A DNA stretch of 64,000 nt from a virus (taxonomy: Duplodnaviria > Caudoviricetes), in IMG/VR virus record IMGVR_UViG_2895476258_000013, positions 11,634 to 75,633 of that record; one strand, given 5' to 3'. The notes beneath the pieces were generated by a model. That model ran no database searches. It was not told the origin of the DNA and saw only the letters and a program-made list of their open reading frames with translations. The position numbers and the translations under genes were made by a program. Below, in pieces: positions 55,794-63,145 of the stretch; positions within the stretch are counted from its first letter, which is position 1; every line of letters starts with the position of its first letter.

Positions 55794-55982
55794 CTATACG
55801 TTCTCGCCTTTGCTGGCCAGGTAGACCCCGCGGTTGACGCCGTGATGGAACGGGCACCCACCATGCGGCCACGTGGGCCAAAGCTCGTCCGCGATCACGC
55901 ATGCCGAGCAGTCCTCAGCGTCTTCCTCGTTCACGTCGAGCAGGTCCATCAGGTCGATTTCGCTTGCCTCGGCAAGAGACAT
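55794..55982 (-). CDS. Small Cys/His hypothetical protein
   Basis: RBS GAGAGG; CSAC...CPFH. Confidence 0.6.
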   Translation of the reverse strand: MSLAEASEIDLMDLLDVNEEDAEDCSACVIADELWPTWPHGGCPFHHGVNRGVYLASKGENV

Positions 55983-56029
55983 GGCACCTCTCTTCGTCTC
56001 GTTGGTGGGAGTGGGGCTCAGGAGCTCGT

Positions 56030-56194
56030 CTACCGGTGGAATCCCAGCACGCTCCGGATCGTCGTTCCAGTGGTGGCCTTCTCAGACGCGGCCACCCACG
56101 CCTCCATGGCCGCCTCTTTCTCCGGGCCGTCTGGTGTGGACTCGGCCTTCTGTTTGAGCTCCGTCAGTTCGCGGGCGGTTGGTCTGCCGGTCAC
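56030..56194 (-). CDS. Small hypothetical protein (not in ORF track)
   Basis: MTGRPTARELTELKQKAE...; RBS GAGGA; GTGA overlap. Confidence 0.55.
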   Translation of the reverse strand: MTGRPTARELTELKQKAESTPDGPEKEAAMEAWVAASEKATTGTTIRSVLGFHR

Positions 56195-56331
56195 GATTCC
56201 TCTGTCCACTGCTCGACGACCCAGCGCGGAATGATCCCCTCGCTGCCGCAGAAGTCGCAGCCGCTGCCCTCACATCCGGGGCAGGTAGCTGGGTTGTCCT
56301 CATACCAGGGCTTGTTGCCGGGAAGGGTCAC
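56191..56331 (-). CDS. Small zinc-finger protein (not in ORF track)
   Basis: CPGCEGSGCDFCGSEG; RBS GAGGAGGAG. Confidence 0.6.
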   Translation of the reverse strand: MTLPGNKPWYEDNPATCPGCEGSGCDFCGSEGIIPRWVVEQWTEES

Positions 56332-56343
56332 GTCTCCTCCTCT

Positions 56344-56523
56344 TCAGTGCTGGTGGATGCCAGCGGATGCCGTGGCGTGCAGAGCGCCGCCTATCGTCGT
56401 GACGCCGGCCACGGAGACCTGGTGGCGGCACTGCGGGCGGCACATGCACCCGTACGTCACAGTGGGCGTCCCGTCGACCCAGGTCATGGTGTGGTCGGGG
56501 GCGTCGGCCGGTTTGAACGTCAT
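56344..56523 (-). CDS. Small hypothetical protein (not in ORF track)
   Basis: MTFKPADAPDH...CMCRPQC; fills operon gap. Confidence 0.45.
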   Translation of the reverse strand: MTFKPADAPDHTMTWVDGTPTVTYGCMCRPQCRHQVSVAGVTTIGGALHATASAGIHQH

Positions 56524-56525
56524 CG

Positions 56526-56693
56526 TCAGCGCCCGCCCTTCTCGCTACGCGCCTTCTCGATCGCGCCCGGGTACGCCTCCTTGAAGTGGAGTTCGCCCTT
56601 CTTCCAGTCGACCCGGTCGAGGCGGTAGCCCTGCTTCTTCTTCTCTTCGACGAGTTCAGAGAATGATTCCTGGGTCAGTTTGCCGATGCTCAT
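56526..56693 (-). CDS. Small hypothetical protein (not in ORF track)
   Basis: MSIGKLTQESFSELVEEKKKQGY...; RBS AAAGGAG. Confidence 0.65.
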   Translation of the reverse strand: MSIGKLTQESFSELVEEKKKQGYRLDRVDWKKGELHFKEAYPGAIEKARSEKGGR

Positions 56694-56786
56694 GGTTCTC
56701 CTTTGATGTGTTGGTGTTGATGAGATCTGGCCTTGCGGGCACCCGCCCGGCCGGGGAAGTGCCGGGCGAGCACCCGCAACGTCAGC

Positions 56787-56969
56787 TCAGTCCTTCTCCA
56801 GGGCGGCGGCGCGTTGCGCGTCTGCGAGCCTGTCGCTCAGCATTTCGAGCTCGTGGCGGGCGTCTGCCTTCTCGTCTGCAGTCATGATCGCCTTGTGTGT
56901 TTTGACGAACTCGAACAGGGCGTCGTACTCGCTCTTGAGGCGCCGCGCCTGCTGTTTGAAATAGCCCAC
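56787..56969 (-). CDS. Small coiled-coil protein
   Basis: GTG start overlapping upstream gene end. Confidence 0.6.
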   Translation of the reverse strand: MGYFKQQARRLKSEYDALFEFVKTHKAIMTADEKADARHELEMLSDRLADAQRAAALEKD

Positions 56970-56975
56970 GACACG

Positions 56976-57251
56976 TCAGCGCTTACCGCGCTTGGGGGGA
57001 GCCCACCACGGCCGGCGAAGTTCCTCGGCGGCCTCGCCCCAGTCCTTCGCGTTGGCCGCCGCGACCCTGCGGTTGCTGTCGTGCTGCCGGGCCAGGTACC
57101 TGTCGGCGTGCCGGTCGGTGCTCTGGCCGGAATCGAGGCGCTTCTGGTACTCCTCCGCCTTCTGCTTCTCTTCGCGTGCTTTGGCGGCTTCCTGGCTGGC
57201 GATCTCCGCCGCGCTGCCTGCCAACTTCTTGCGTTCCTTACCCCAACCCAT
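56976..57251 (-). CDS. Small basic protein
   Basis: RBS GAGGAGG; MGWGKERKK... Confidence 0.7.
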   Translation of the reverse strand: MGWGKERKKLAGSAAEIASQEAAKAREEKQKAEEYQKRLDSGQSTDRHADRYLARQHDSNRRVAAANAKDWGEAAEELRRPWWAPPKRGKR

Positions 57252-57331
57252 GTGTGTCCTCCTCTCGGTGGAGCTGGCTGCTCCGGGCACCCGCCCAGGC
57301 GGGGAAGTGACTGGGCGGGCACCCGCAACGG

Positions 57332-57520
57332 TCAGCCGGTGACGTGCCGGATGCCGTCCACGACGCTCGTGTTGCCGTCGCGGTGCCGGTTCTGCTCGTC
57401 GGCGATGGCGCGAAGGTCCTGCGGGGACACGCCCGCCTTGAGTTGCTTTTCCGTCCACGCACGGGTCTGGTCGTAGGTGGCGGTGTTCACGTCCAGCGTG
57501 CTGGGCTTGGGCTTCGCCAT
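57332..57520 (-). CDS. Small hypothetical protein
   Basis: RBS GAGGAGG; MAKPKPST... Confidence 0.7.
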   Translation of the reverse strand: MAKPKPSTLDVNTATYDQTRAWTEKQLKAGVSPQDLRAIADEQNRHRDGNTSVVDGIRHVTG

Positions 57521-57609
57521 GCTGTCCTCCTCGGGGGATTGGTGGAGCTGGGCCGCTCCGGGCACCCGCCACGCCCCCGGACGTGGCGAGCACCCGCAAC
57601 AGGCAGACC

Positions 57610-57774
57610 TCACTTGAGGACCTTGGTCGCGAACACGGCGAGCTGGTCGGCGCCCGTGAAGATGCTGTTCAGTAGGCCATTGACCGCGTCGGCGGCCTGG
57701 GCGGGACGGCTGAACAGATAGAACACGGCGAAGGCGATGCCCACGTACATGAGCGGCTTCTTGAGACGGTGCAT
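57610..57774 (-). CDS. Small membrane protein (Spd-like)
   Basis: RBS AAAGGA; YVGIAFAVFYLFSRP..AADAV. Confidence 0.65.
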   Translation of the reverse strand: MHRLKKPLMYVGIAFAVFYLFSRPAQAADAVNGLLNSIFTGADQLAVFATKVLK

Positions 57775-57791
57775 GACAGTCCTTTCTGTTG

Positions 57792-58013
57792 TCAGGAGTC
57801 GCGGACGCCTTCGCGGTCGGGGTGTGCCCGCCGGGCACGCTCGGGCCGGTTGGCGTTGCGGACGAAGAGCACGATGGCTCCGATGGCCAGCGCCGCGTAC
57901 ACGGCCATCGCGGCGAACGCGGCCGGGACGCTCGCGGTGGAGAGCCACACGCATGCGATCAGGCCGCCGATGGCGAACACCCAGCAGGCAAGGAGGATCA
58001 GGAAGCGTTGCAT
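57792..58013 (-). CDS. Two-TM membrane protein (Spd-like)
   Basis: FLILLACWVFAIGGLIACVWL / AFAAMAVYAALAIGAIVLFV. Confidence 0.65.
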   Translation of the reverse strand: MQRFLILLACWVFAIGGLIACVWLSTASVPAAFAAMAVYAALAIGAIVLFVRNANRPERARRAHPDREGVRDS

Positions 58014-58033
58014 CAGCTTGGTCCCCTCGGGGG

Positions 58034-58186
58034 TTAACGGGTGAGGTAGCCCTTGCCGCGGCAGCCGTGGCATTTGCGCGATTTGAGGTGCTTGCCGCCG
58101 GTAAGCGACATCACGACGATCTCGCCTTCGCCATCGCATGTCGGGCAGGTCATGCCGGGTCTGAAGAAGACGCCGAGGATTCCCAT
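58034..58186 (-). CDS. Small DnaJ-type zinc-finger protein
   Basis: CPTCDGEG...CHGCRGKG; RBS GGAG. Confidence 0.65.
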   Translation of the reverse strand: MGILGVFFRPGMTCPTCDGEGEIVVMSLTGGKHLKSRKCHGCRGKGYLTR

Positions 58187-58350
58187 GTCTGTTTCTCCGA
58201 TCGGTTGTAACGGGATCTTGGGAGCGGGTGCTCCGGACACCCCTCCCGAGAGATCGGGAAGGTCTCCGCAACCACCGCTCGCGGGCCCTTCGACGCAACC
58301 GTGAGTGACCGTCTTGGGGCTACAGCAGGGCTGCCTCCGAGCGCCGCGCA

Positions 58351-58520
58351 GGGGTTAAGCGGCCGAAGGCGGGTTAAATTTTTAGTCCTCGGGTTAAATC
58401 CAACGATCACGTCGCTGAGCTGGGGAAAGTTAAGCGCGAGTCCGGGTTAAGCGGGTTAAGCGAAGGGGCCCGGAAGCCTGGAGATGGAGTGTCCCGAGGG
58501 GATGTTCCTCTCTTAACCCG
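58351..58520. repeat. 8-bp CGGGTTAA repeat cluster downstream of traB (candidate clt)
   Basis: Exact at 58370, 58390, 58443, 58452; near at 58351 and 58426; inverted at 58513-58520. Confidence 0.8.
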
Positions 58521-60702
58521 CGTCGTCCTCGTGGGTGACGCCGGCTGTGGCGATCTCCACCATGCGGCAACGGATGGTGATCGGATCGATGGGATAGCGG
58601 TTCTTCGACGAGGGCACCTTGACGCCGAGGAGGCCCAGTTCGCGCACCAGCTCCATCCGGTCGCGGAGTAGCGCGTAAGGGCGGTGCCGCGAGTACGCAG
58701 ACTTCAAGGCAGCCAACGCCTGGGCGGCCGGAACCGGGTCGGCGCCGATCACATCGAGCAGGTCCGCCAGAAGGTCCCTCTCCTCGTCGTCAAAGGTGGC
58801 GTTGCCGAGGGCAGCCTTCTCCCTCAGCGCCACCGCCCGCGCCACGACCGAGCCCATCTCTGCGTACGGCACGTAGTAGGTGCGCAGCAGGCCGGCCTTG
58901 GCTTGGAAGCCGCTCGCCATGCAGGTGCCGATGTCGCCCGGCCCTTCCTCCGTCTTCGGCTCTAGGCCGACAGCGGAGATGCCCCTCTTGTACGAGCCGG
59001 TGCCGAGCACCGCGTCGTTCGAGGTCTGGTCGCCGATGGCGAAGCACGCCTTGTTGGAGATGACCGCCATCAGCTTGCGCGGCAGCGACGCCGACGACGG
59101 TTCCGGGGTGGCGAAGATCAGGGTGACGGCGTACTTTCGGGCCGCGCCCATCAGCTTCACACACAGCTCTTCGGCCTCCTCTCCGAACTCCTCGTTGAGG
59201 AACAGCGCCTGGCACTCGTCGATGACGATGATGCGCGGTCGTAGCCGCTCGTCCTTCTCTGCGAGTTCCCTGGTCACCATGGGGGCGCCGTGCTCCTGCA
59301 GCGCCTTGCCTCGCACGCTGAGTTCGGCGTACACCTCGCGCAGAAGGAACAGGCACGCTTCGACGACCTCGTCGCCCGGTCCCGTGAGCAGGGTCCGCAG
59401 GCGGGGTCGGAGCGGGTCGTAGTCGGCGTTCGTGGCGAAGACGAACACGTCGATCTCGACCAGGTAGTCGAGGATGGCCCCCAGCAGCAGCGTGAGGATC
59501 ATCGTGGATTTGCCGGAGCCCATCATGCCGGCCAGCGCGTAGTTCTTCTGAAACAGCAGGCCGATGACGGTCTTGCCGCGAATGTTCCGCGACACGGGGA
59601 CGCCCTCGAAGTAGTCGCCGACGCCGTCCTTCAGTAGCGGCCAGTCAGGCATCGGGCCGGTCAGCGATCCCTGGTCGGCGACCCACAGGTCCAGCACGCC
59701 GGGCTGCTTCTTGGGCTCGGTGGCCCACACCTCGACGGGCAGGCGTACGAGGTTGTGCGCGAGCACGGGCTTCTTCTGATTGATCATTTCTACGGTGACG
59801 CCCGGCGGCGGTTCAAGCTGGGTCCGGTACCCCTCACCGTCGCGCTGGGTCGGCAGCACGATCCGCGGCTTCCAACCCGCCTTGAAAGCCCTGTTCAGCG
59901 GGGCGATACCCAGGTGCTTCAGCGCGTTGATGATCGCTGACTCGTCGGGAATGACGTCCCGGCTGCTGTCGCTCTCTCGATCGTCGGCAACAAGCCACGT
60001 CGGCGTCTCACCCAGGCGGCGGCCTTCACGATGGCCTGCCCACGCCAGCAGCGGGACGAAGGCCACCACGAACACGGACCAGGCAACTCTGGTGGCACTG
60101 GCCAGCCATCGGAGGACGCCGCCGAACCACACCCACAGGTCCGTCCAACCTCCCGCGCCGGTCGCCCACACCACCGTGGCCGCCACGACCAGCAGCACCG
60201 GCACGGCCAGGAGGCAGCAGCAGGTGAGGATCGCCATCTTGAGCACCAGTAGCGGCAGCTTCATGAGCCGCTCGTAGCGGTCGTTCTTGGCTTCCTTCCG
60301 CTTTTCGATCCAGAACGCCAGCGCTTCGCGGTCGCCGGTGGCCTTCGCGATGCGGATCTGCTCGCGGATGTCTCCGCTGGTGAGGCCGTCTTTCGCGCGG
60401 ACGATCCAGGAGTGCCAGCCCGCGAGAACGAGAGCGCCGTGCTGCGCGGCGGTGCGGGCACGCTTCCTGGTGGCGGGGGAGGGCCGCAGCACCGTCACCC
60501 GGTCGACCACCGCGGACGGCAGGCGGCTGGAGCGTTCGGGCACGTCGGAGACGATTTCGGCCTCGACGACTGCGGGCTCCACCTCGTGCTCCTGCCGGGG
60601 CTCCAGCTCGTCGTGGCGCTGCTCGTCTTCGGGCAGGGTCAGGCCGGGAGCGTCGTCGGCGTTGCGGACGATCTCCAACCTGCGGCGCGGGCTCTCGGTC
60701 AA
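58513..60702 (-). CDS. traB: FtsK/SpoIIIE-family conjugative DNA translocase (TraB-like)
   Basis: N-terminal TMs; GMMGSGKS Walker A; IIVIDECQ Walker B; ARKYAVTL; C-terminal wHTH-like region; TTG start with RBS GAGGAGG. Confidence 0.88.
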   Translation of the reverse strand: MTESPRRRLEIVRNADDAPGLTLPEDEQRHDELEPRQEHEVEPAVVEAEIVSDVPERSSRLPSAVVDRVTVLRPSPATRKRARTAAQHGALVLAGWHSWIVRAKDGLTSGDIREQIRIAKATGDREALAFWIEKRKEAKNDRYERLMKLPLLVLKMAILTCCCLLAVPVLLVVAATVVWATGAGGWTDLWVWFGGVLRWLASATRVAWSVFVVAFVPLLAWAGHREGRRLGETPTWLVADDRESDSSRDVIPDESAIINALKHLGIAPLNRAFKAGWKPRIVLPTQRDGEGYRTQLEPPPGVTVEMINQKKPVLAHNLVRLPVEVWATEPKKQPGVLDLWVADQGSLTGPMPDWPLLKDGVGDYFEGVPVSRNIRGKTVIGLLFQKNYALAGMMGSGKSTMILTLLLGAILDYLVEIDVFVFATNADYDPLRPRLRTLLTGPGDEVVEACLFLLREVYAELSVRGKALQEHGAPMVTRELAEKDERLRPRIIVIDECQALFLNEEFGEEAEELCVKLMGAARKYAVTLIFATPEPSSASLPRKLMAVISNKACFAIGDQTSNDAVLGTGSYKRGISAVGLEPKTEEGPGDIGTCMASGFQAKAGLLRTYYVPYAEMGSVVARAVALREKAALGNATFDDEERDLLADLLDVIGADPVPAAQALAALKSAYSRHRPYALLRDRMELVRELGLLGVKVPSSKNRYPIDPITIRCRMVEIATAGVTHEDDAG

Positions 60703-61022
60703 GACGAGACCTCCTCCCTCAGCCAGACCGGGGTGCGGTAGACGCGCAGAGCACGGCCATCCAACGCGGACGCGGTGGCCAGGTGCACCGACAGGCAGGC
60801 GACCACGAAGGCGGCCACGTAGACGGCGAACCGTCCGGCGTTCCACAGCGTGTACAGCGGGAACGCGACCGCGACGGCGCCGAGCCAGTAGAAGGGGTGC
60901 CACCACTTCAAGGGACGCGGCTCGGCTGTGTCCTGGTCGTCGTCGGGCAGATCGACGATCGACGCCTGGATGAGCGCGAAGGCGGCCAGGAGCCAGACGG
61001 CAACGGTGACGATCGTGTTCAT
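60699..61022 (-). CDS. Membrane protein in transfer operon
   Basis: Three hydrophobic segments; coupled to traB. Confidence 0.7.
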   Translation of the reverse strand: MNTIVTVAVWLLAAFALIQASIVDLPDDDQDTAEPRPLKWWHPFYWLGAVAVAFPLYTLWNAGRFAVYVAAFVVACLSVHLATASALDGRALRVYRTPVWLREEVSS

Positions 61023-61858
61023 GACTGGTCTCCAGTCGGGGCGGCGGGGGCAGGGTGTGTGCCGTTCAGACGGGTCGGCTCGATCGGCGGGATGAGCGGC
61101 TCAGCGAGGCTGTTCTGACCCGGTGTCGGCACGGGCTCGGACGGCTGCGGTTCCTGTTCGCGCTTGACGTCGTCGATGACCTCTTGCGCCTCGCGGATCT
61201 CCAGCCCGAAGCGGTCCGACAGTTGACGCCGGCCGATGCCGCGGCGCCCGTTCTTGATGCTGTCGGCGTACGCCCACCGTGCCGCTTCGAACCGGTCGGA
61301 GGGGATGAGTTCGACGTCGACCTCGACGAGCTTCTCGACCTCGATCTCGCGGACCACCACCCGCTCCGGCATCTGTGTCGGGATGGCCTCGCGGATGGCC
61401 TTCAGGAGCCGCATGAACAACTCGACGGCGATCACCAGGACGAGGGCGGATGTGCCGCTGACCAGTCCGCCTTCGATCCCGGAGGCGAGTCCGTGGGCGG
61501 CGTTCCCGATGAGGGTTGCGACGATTCCCAGCCACAGCGCCGCACGTGCGAGAGGTGGAACAGGGATGCGGGAGCGGGTGCAGTACAGCATCACCAGCGA
61601 CGCCATGATGATCAGCCCGTCGATGGCGAGGGGGAACAGGCGTGCCGTGTCTTCGGCCTCGCCGTAGCGCCTCCCAAGGGTGATCAGGTGGCGGTACGAG
61701 ATGTAGAACGTGATGCCGATCAGAAGGACGAGGACGAGCCATGCAGCCGTCTTGATCCAACCGTCGCCGACCGGCTTCTCCGGCGCGACCTCGGGCTGGC
61801 ACACGCCGGGGTCGGCGCGGTCGGCGTCAAGGCCCTCGGCGGGCTGGGTGGTGTTCAA
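61019..61858 (-). CDS. DUF2637 (SpdA-like) membrane protein with C-terminal HTH
   Basis: ISYRHL...LFPLAIDGLIIMA...LWLGIVATLIGNAAHG; IGRRQLSDRFGL. Confidence 0.82.
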   Translation of the reverse strand: MNTTQPAEGLDADRADPGVCQPEVAPEKPVGDGWIKTAAWLVLVLLIGITFYISYRHLITLGRRYGEAEDTARLFPLAIDGLIIMASLVMLYCTRSRIPVPPLARAALWLGIVATLIGNAAHGLASGIEGGLVSGTSALVLVIAVELFMRLLKAIREAIPTQMPERVVVREIEVEKLVEVDVELIPSDRFEAARWAYADSIKNGRRGIGRRQLSDRFGLEIREAQEVIDDVKREQEPQPSEPVPTPGQNSLAEPLIPPIEPTRLNGTHPAPAAPTGDQS

Positions 61859-61867
61859 GGCGTGCTC

Positions 61868-62011
61868 CTACGTGTCGGTGTCGTCGAGCTCGTCCGGCTC
61901 GGCGGGTTCGTCGGTGGCGGGCTGTAGGGCGGCGAGCATGGCGAGCTCCTCGGCGTTGAGGGCCGCTACAGCTCGGGCGAGCCGCCGGCGTCGCCGCTCT
62001 TCAGGGGTCAT
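61868..62011 (-). CDS. Small hypothetical protein
   Basis: MTPEERRRRR...; RBS GGAG. Confidence 0.5.
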   Translation of the reverse strand: MTPEERRRRRLARAVAALNAEELAMLAALQPATDEPAEPDELDDTDT

Positions 62012-62101
62012 CGGGGGTGCTCCGTGTGTGGCCCCGTCCGCGGGGGCGCGATGGTTTGGATGCCAGGACACGTCCGCCGCGGACGGGGGAGTAGAAGGGG
62101 G

Positions 62102-62293
62102 TCAGCGCCGGACGCGGTACTTGGCCTCGCCGCGCTTGACCATGCCGGTGTTGCCGTCGCTGAACTCGATCCAGCGGCCTCGCATGAGGAGGCCGTCCTC
62201 GTCGCCGATGTCGTAGGCGTCGACCACGCGTGTGCCGTCTTCGAGGACGCCGCCTTTCTTCAGGTCGGCGGCGTCCACTTCACGAATCGCCAT
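62102..62293 (-). CDS. Small hypothetical protein
   Basis: RBS AAAAGGA; MAIREVDAADLKKG... Confidence 0.65.
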   Translation of the reverse strand: MAIREVDAADLKKGGVLEDGTRVVDAYDIGDEDGLLMRGRWIEFSDGNTGMVKRGEAKYRVRR

Positions 62294-62388
62294 GTTGTTC
62301 ACGTCCTTTTCGTCGTCTCGGGGGAGTAGGGTTGCCCGGCCGCCGCGGCGAGGGTTACCCCCCCGGGATGAGCGGCAGCCGGGCAGGT

Positions 62389-62562
62389 TCATCGCGCAGC
62401 CCTCCGACAGGAGCAGCGGCGGTTCGAACAGCGAGGGTCAGTGCAGGCGATCGTGTCGATCGCCGGGGCGCTCATGTAGCCGCGACGCTTGGGCTGGTGG
62501 ACCATCCGGCTGGTGACCTCGTTGATCCGCTCCCGGATCTCGTCAGGGGTACGGGTCGTCAT
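62389..62562 (-). CDS. Small hypothetical protein (not in ORF track)
   Basis: ATGA overlap; MTTRTPDEIRERINEV...CTDPRC. Confidence 0.55.
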   Translation of the reverse strand: MTTRTPDEIRERINEVTSRMVHQPKRRGYMSAPAIDTIACTDPRCSNRRCSCRRAAR

Positions 62563-62762
62563 CGAGACACCACCTGACGAGGAACGCGCCGGTAGTCGGA
62601 CAGCCGGACCACGTTGTCGGGCAGGACGGTGGCAGGGGCGATCTCCACGTCATTCGCTTCAAGAAGAAGCCCGACCTTGGCGGAGAGGACGGAAGCGTCC
62701 TCCAAGAGCGCGTGGAGCAGGTCTACGGGGACCGCGATGGTCTCCGGAGCTGTATGTGTCAT
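62559..62762 (-). CDS. Small hypothetical protein, first gene of transfer operon
   Basis: RBS GAAGGA before ATG 62762; upstream start at 62942 possible. Confidence 0.55.
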   Translation of the reverse strand: MTHTAPETIAVPVDLLHALLEDASVLSAKVGLLLEANDVEIAPATVLPDNVVRLSDYRRVPRQVVSR

Positions 62763-63027
62763 GATGAGGGAGTCCTTCCGTCCTTGACCGGCCTGGAGGA
62801 CATGCGGGCGGCCCGGATCGTGGAAGTGAGGGGCCGCCCGTCGCATGTCTGGGGCGATCGCGAGCGTCAGTAGGAAATCGCGCCCCATGACGGGAAATGC
62901 CGATGCGGATAAATCGCCCGACAAGTTCGCGGGGCTCTTCATGGATTGCCCTCCCTGGAACTGATAGGGCGTCGGCTCGGCTTTCAGGTCGTGCGAAGAG
63001 GCGTCGCGTCTAGGTCTACTGAGTTTC

Positions 63028-63117
63028 GCTAAGCGGTGTTAGCGTGTTGTGCTTAGACGGTAACGCGCCCTATGGGTGTCGTCAAGGCAGCTAAGCGCAT
63101 CCGCTAAGACCTCTTAG
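63028..63117. promoter_or_regulatory. Divergent control region: leftward promoter flanked by two CTAA-N6-TTAG operators
   Basis: Minus strand TTGACG (63080-85) N17 TACCGT (63057-62); palindromes at 63029-42 and 63104-17; extra half sites. Confidence 0.7.
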
Positions 63118-63145
63118 TACTCAAACACCTCAAACAGGGACATAG

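Larger units (their letters stand above)
56736..57600 (-). repeat. Three conserved intergenic hairpin repeats
   Basis: CGGGCACCCGCC-var-GGCG(A/G)GCACCCGCAAC at 56736-56780, 57284-57329, 57559-57600. Confidence 0.9.

Noticed and set aside
53062-55800. attR/prophage boundary after the lysis cassette
   Set aside because: No integrase, tRNA remnant, host gene or matching direct repeat seen; cannot be excluded without flanking sequence
56082-56303. 73-aa ORF in the track
   Set aside because: Low-complexity translation; two other frames (56191..56331, 56030..56194) have RBSs and coupled overlaps
56736-57600. CRISPR array or integron attC cassettes
   Set aside because: Only three copies, separated by whole genes of unequal length; GTTGCGG does not fit GTTRRRY; no cas or intI gene seen
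58513-60906. 797-aa TraB start at 60906
   Set aside because: Overlaps the upstream membrane gene by 200 bp; TTG 60702 has a GAGGAGG RBS and a 4-bp overlap
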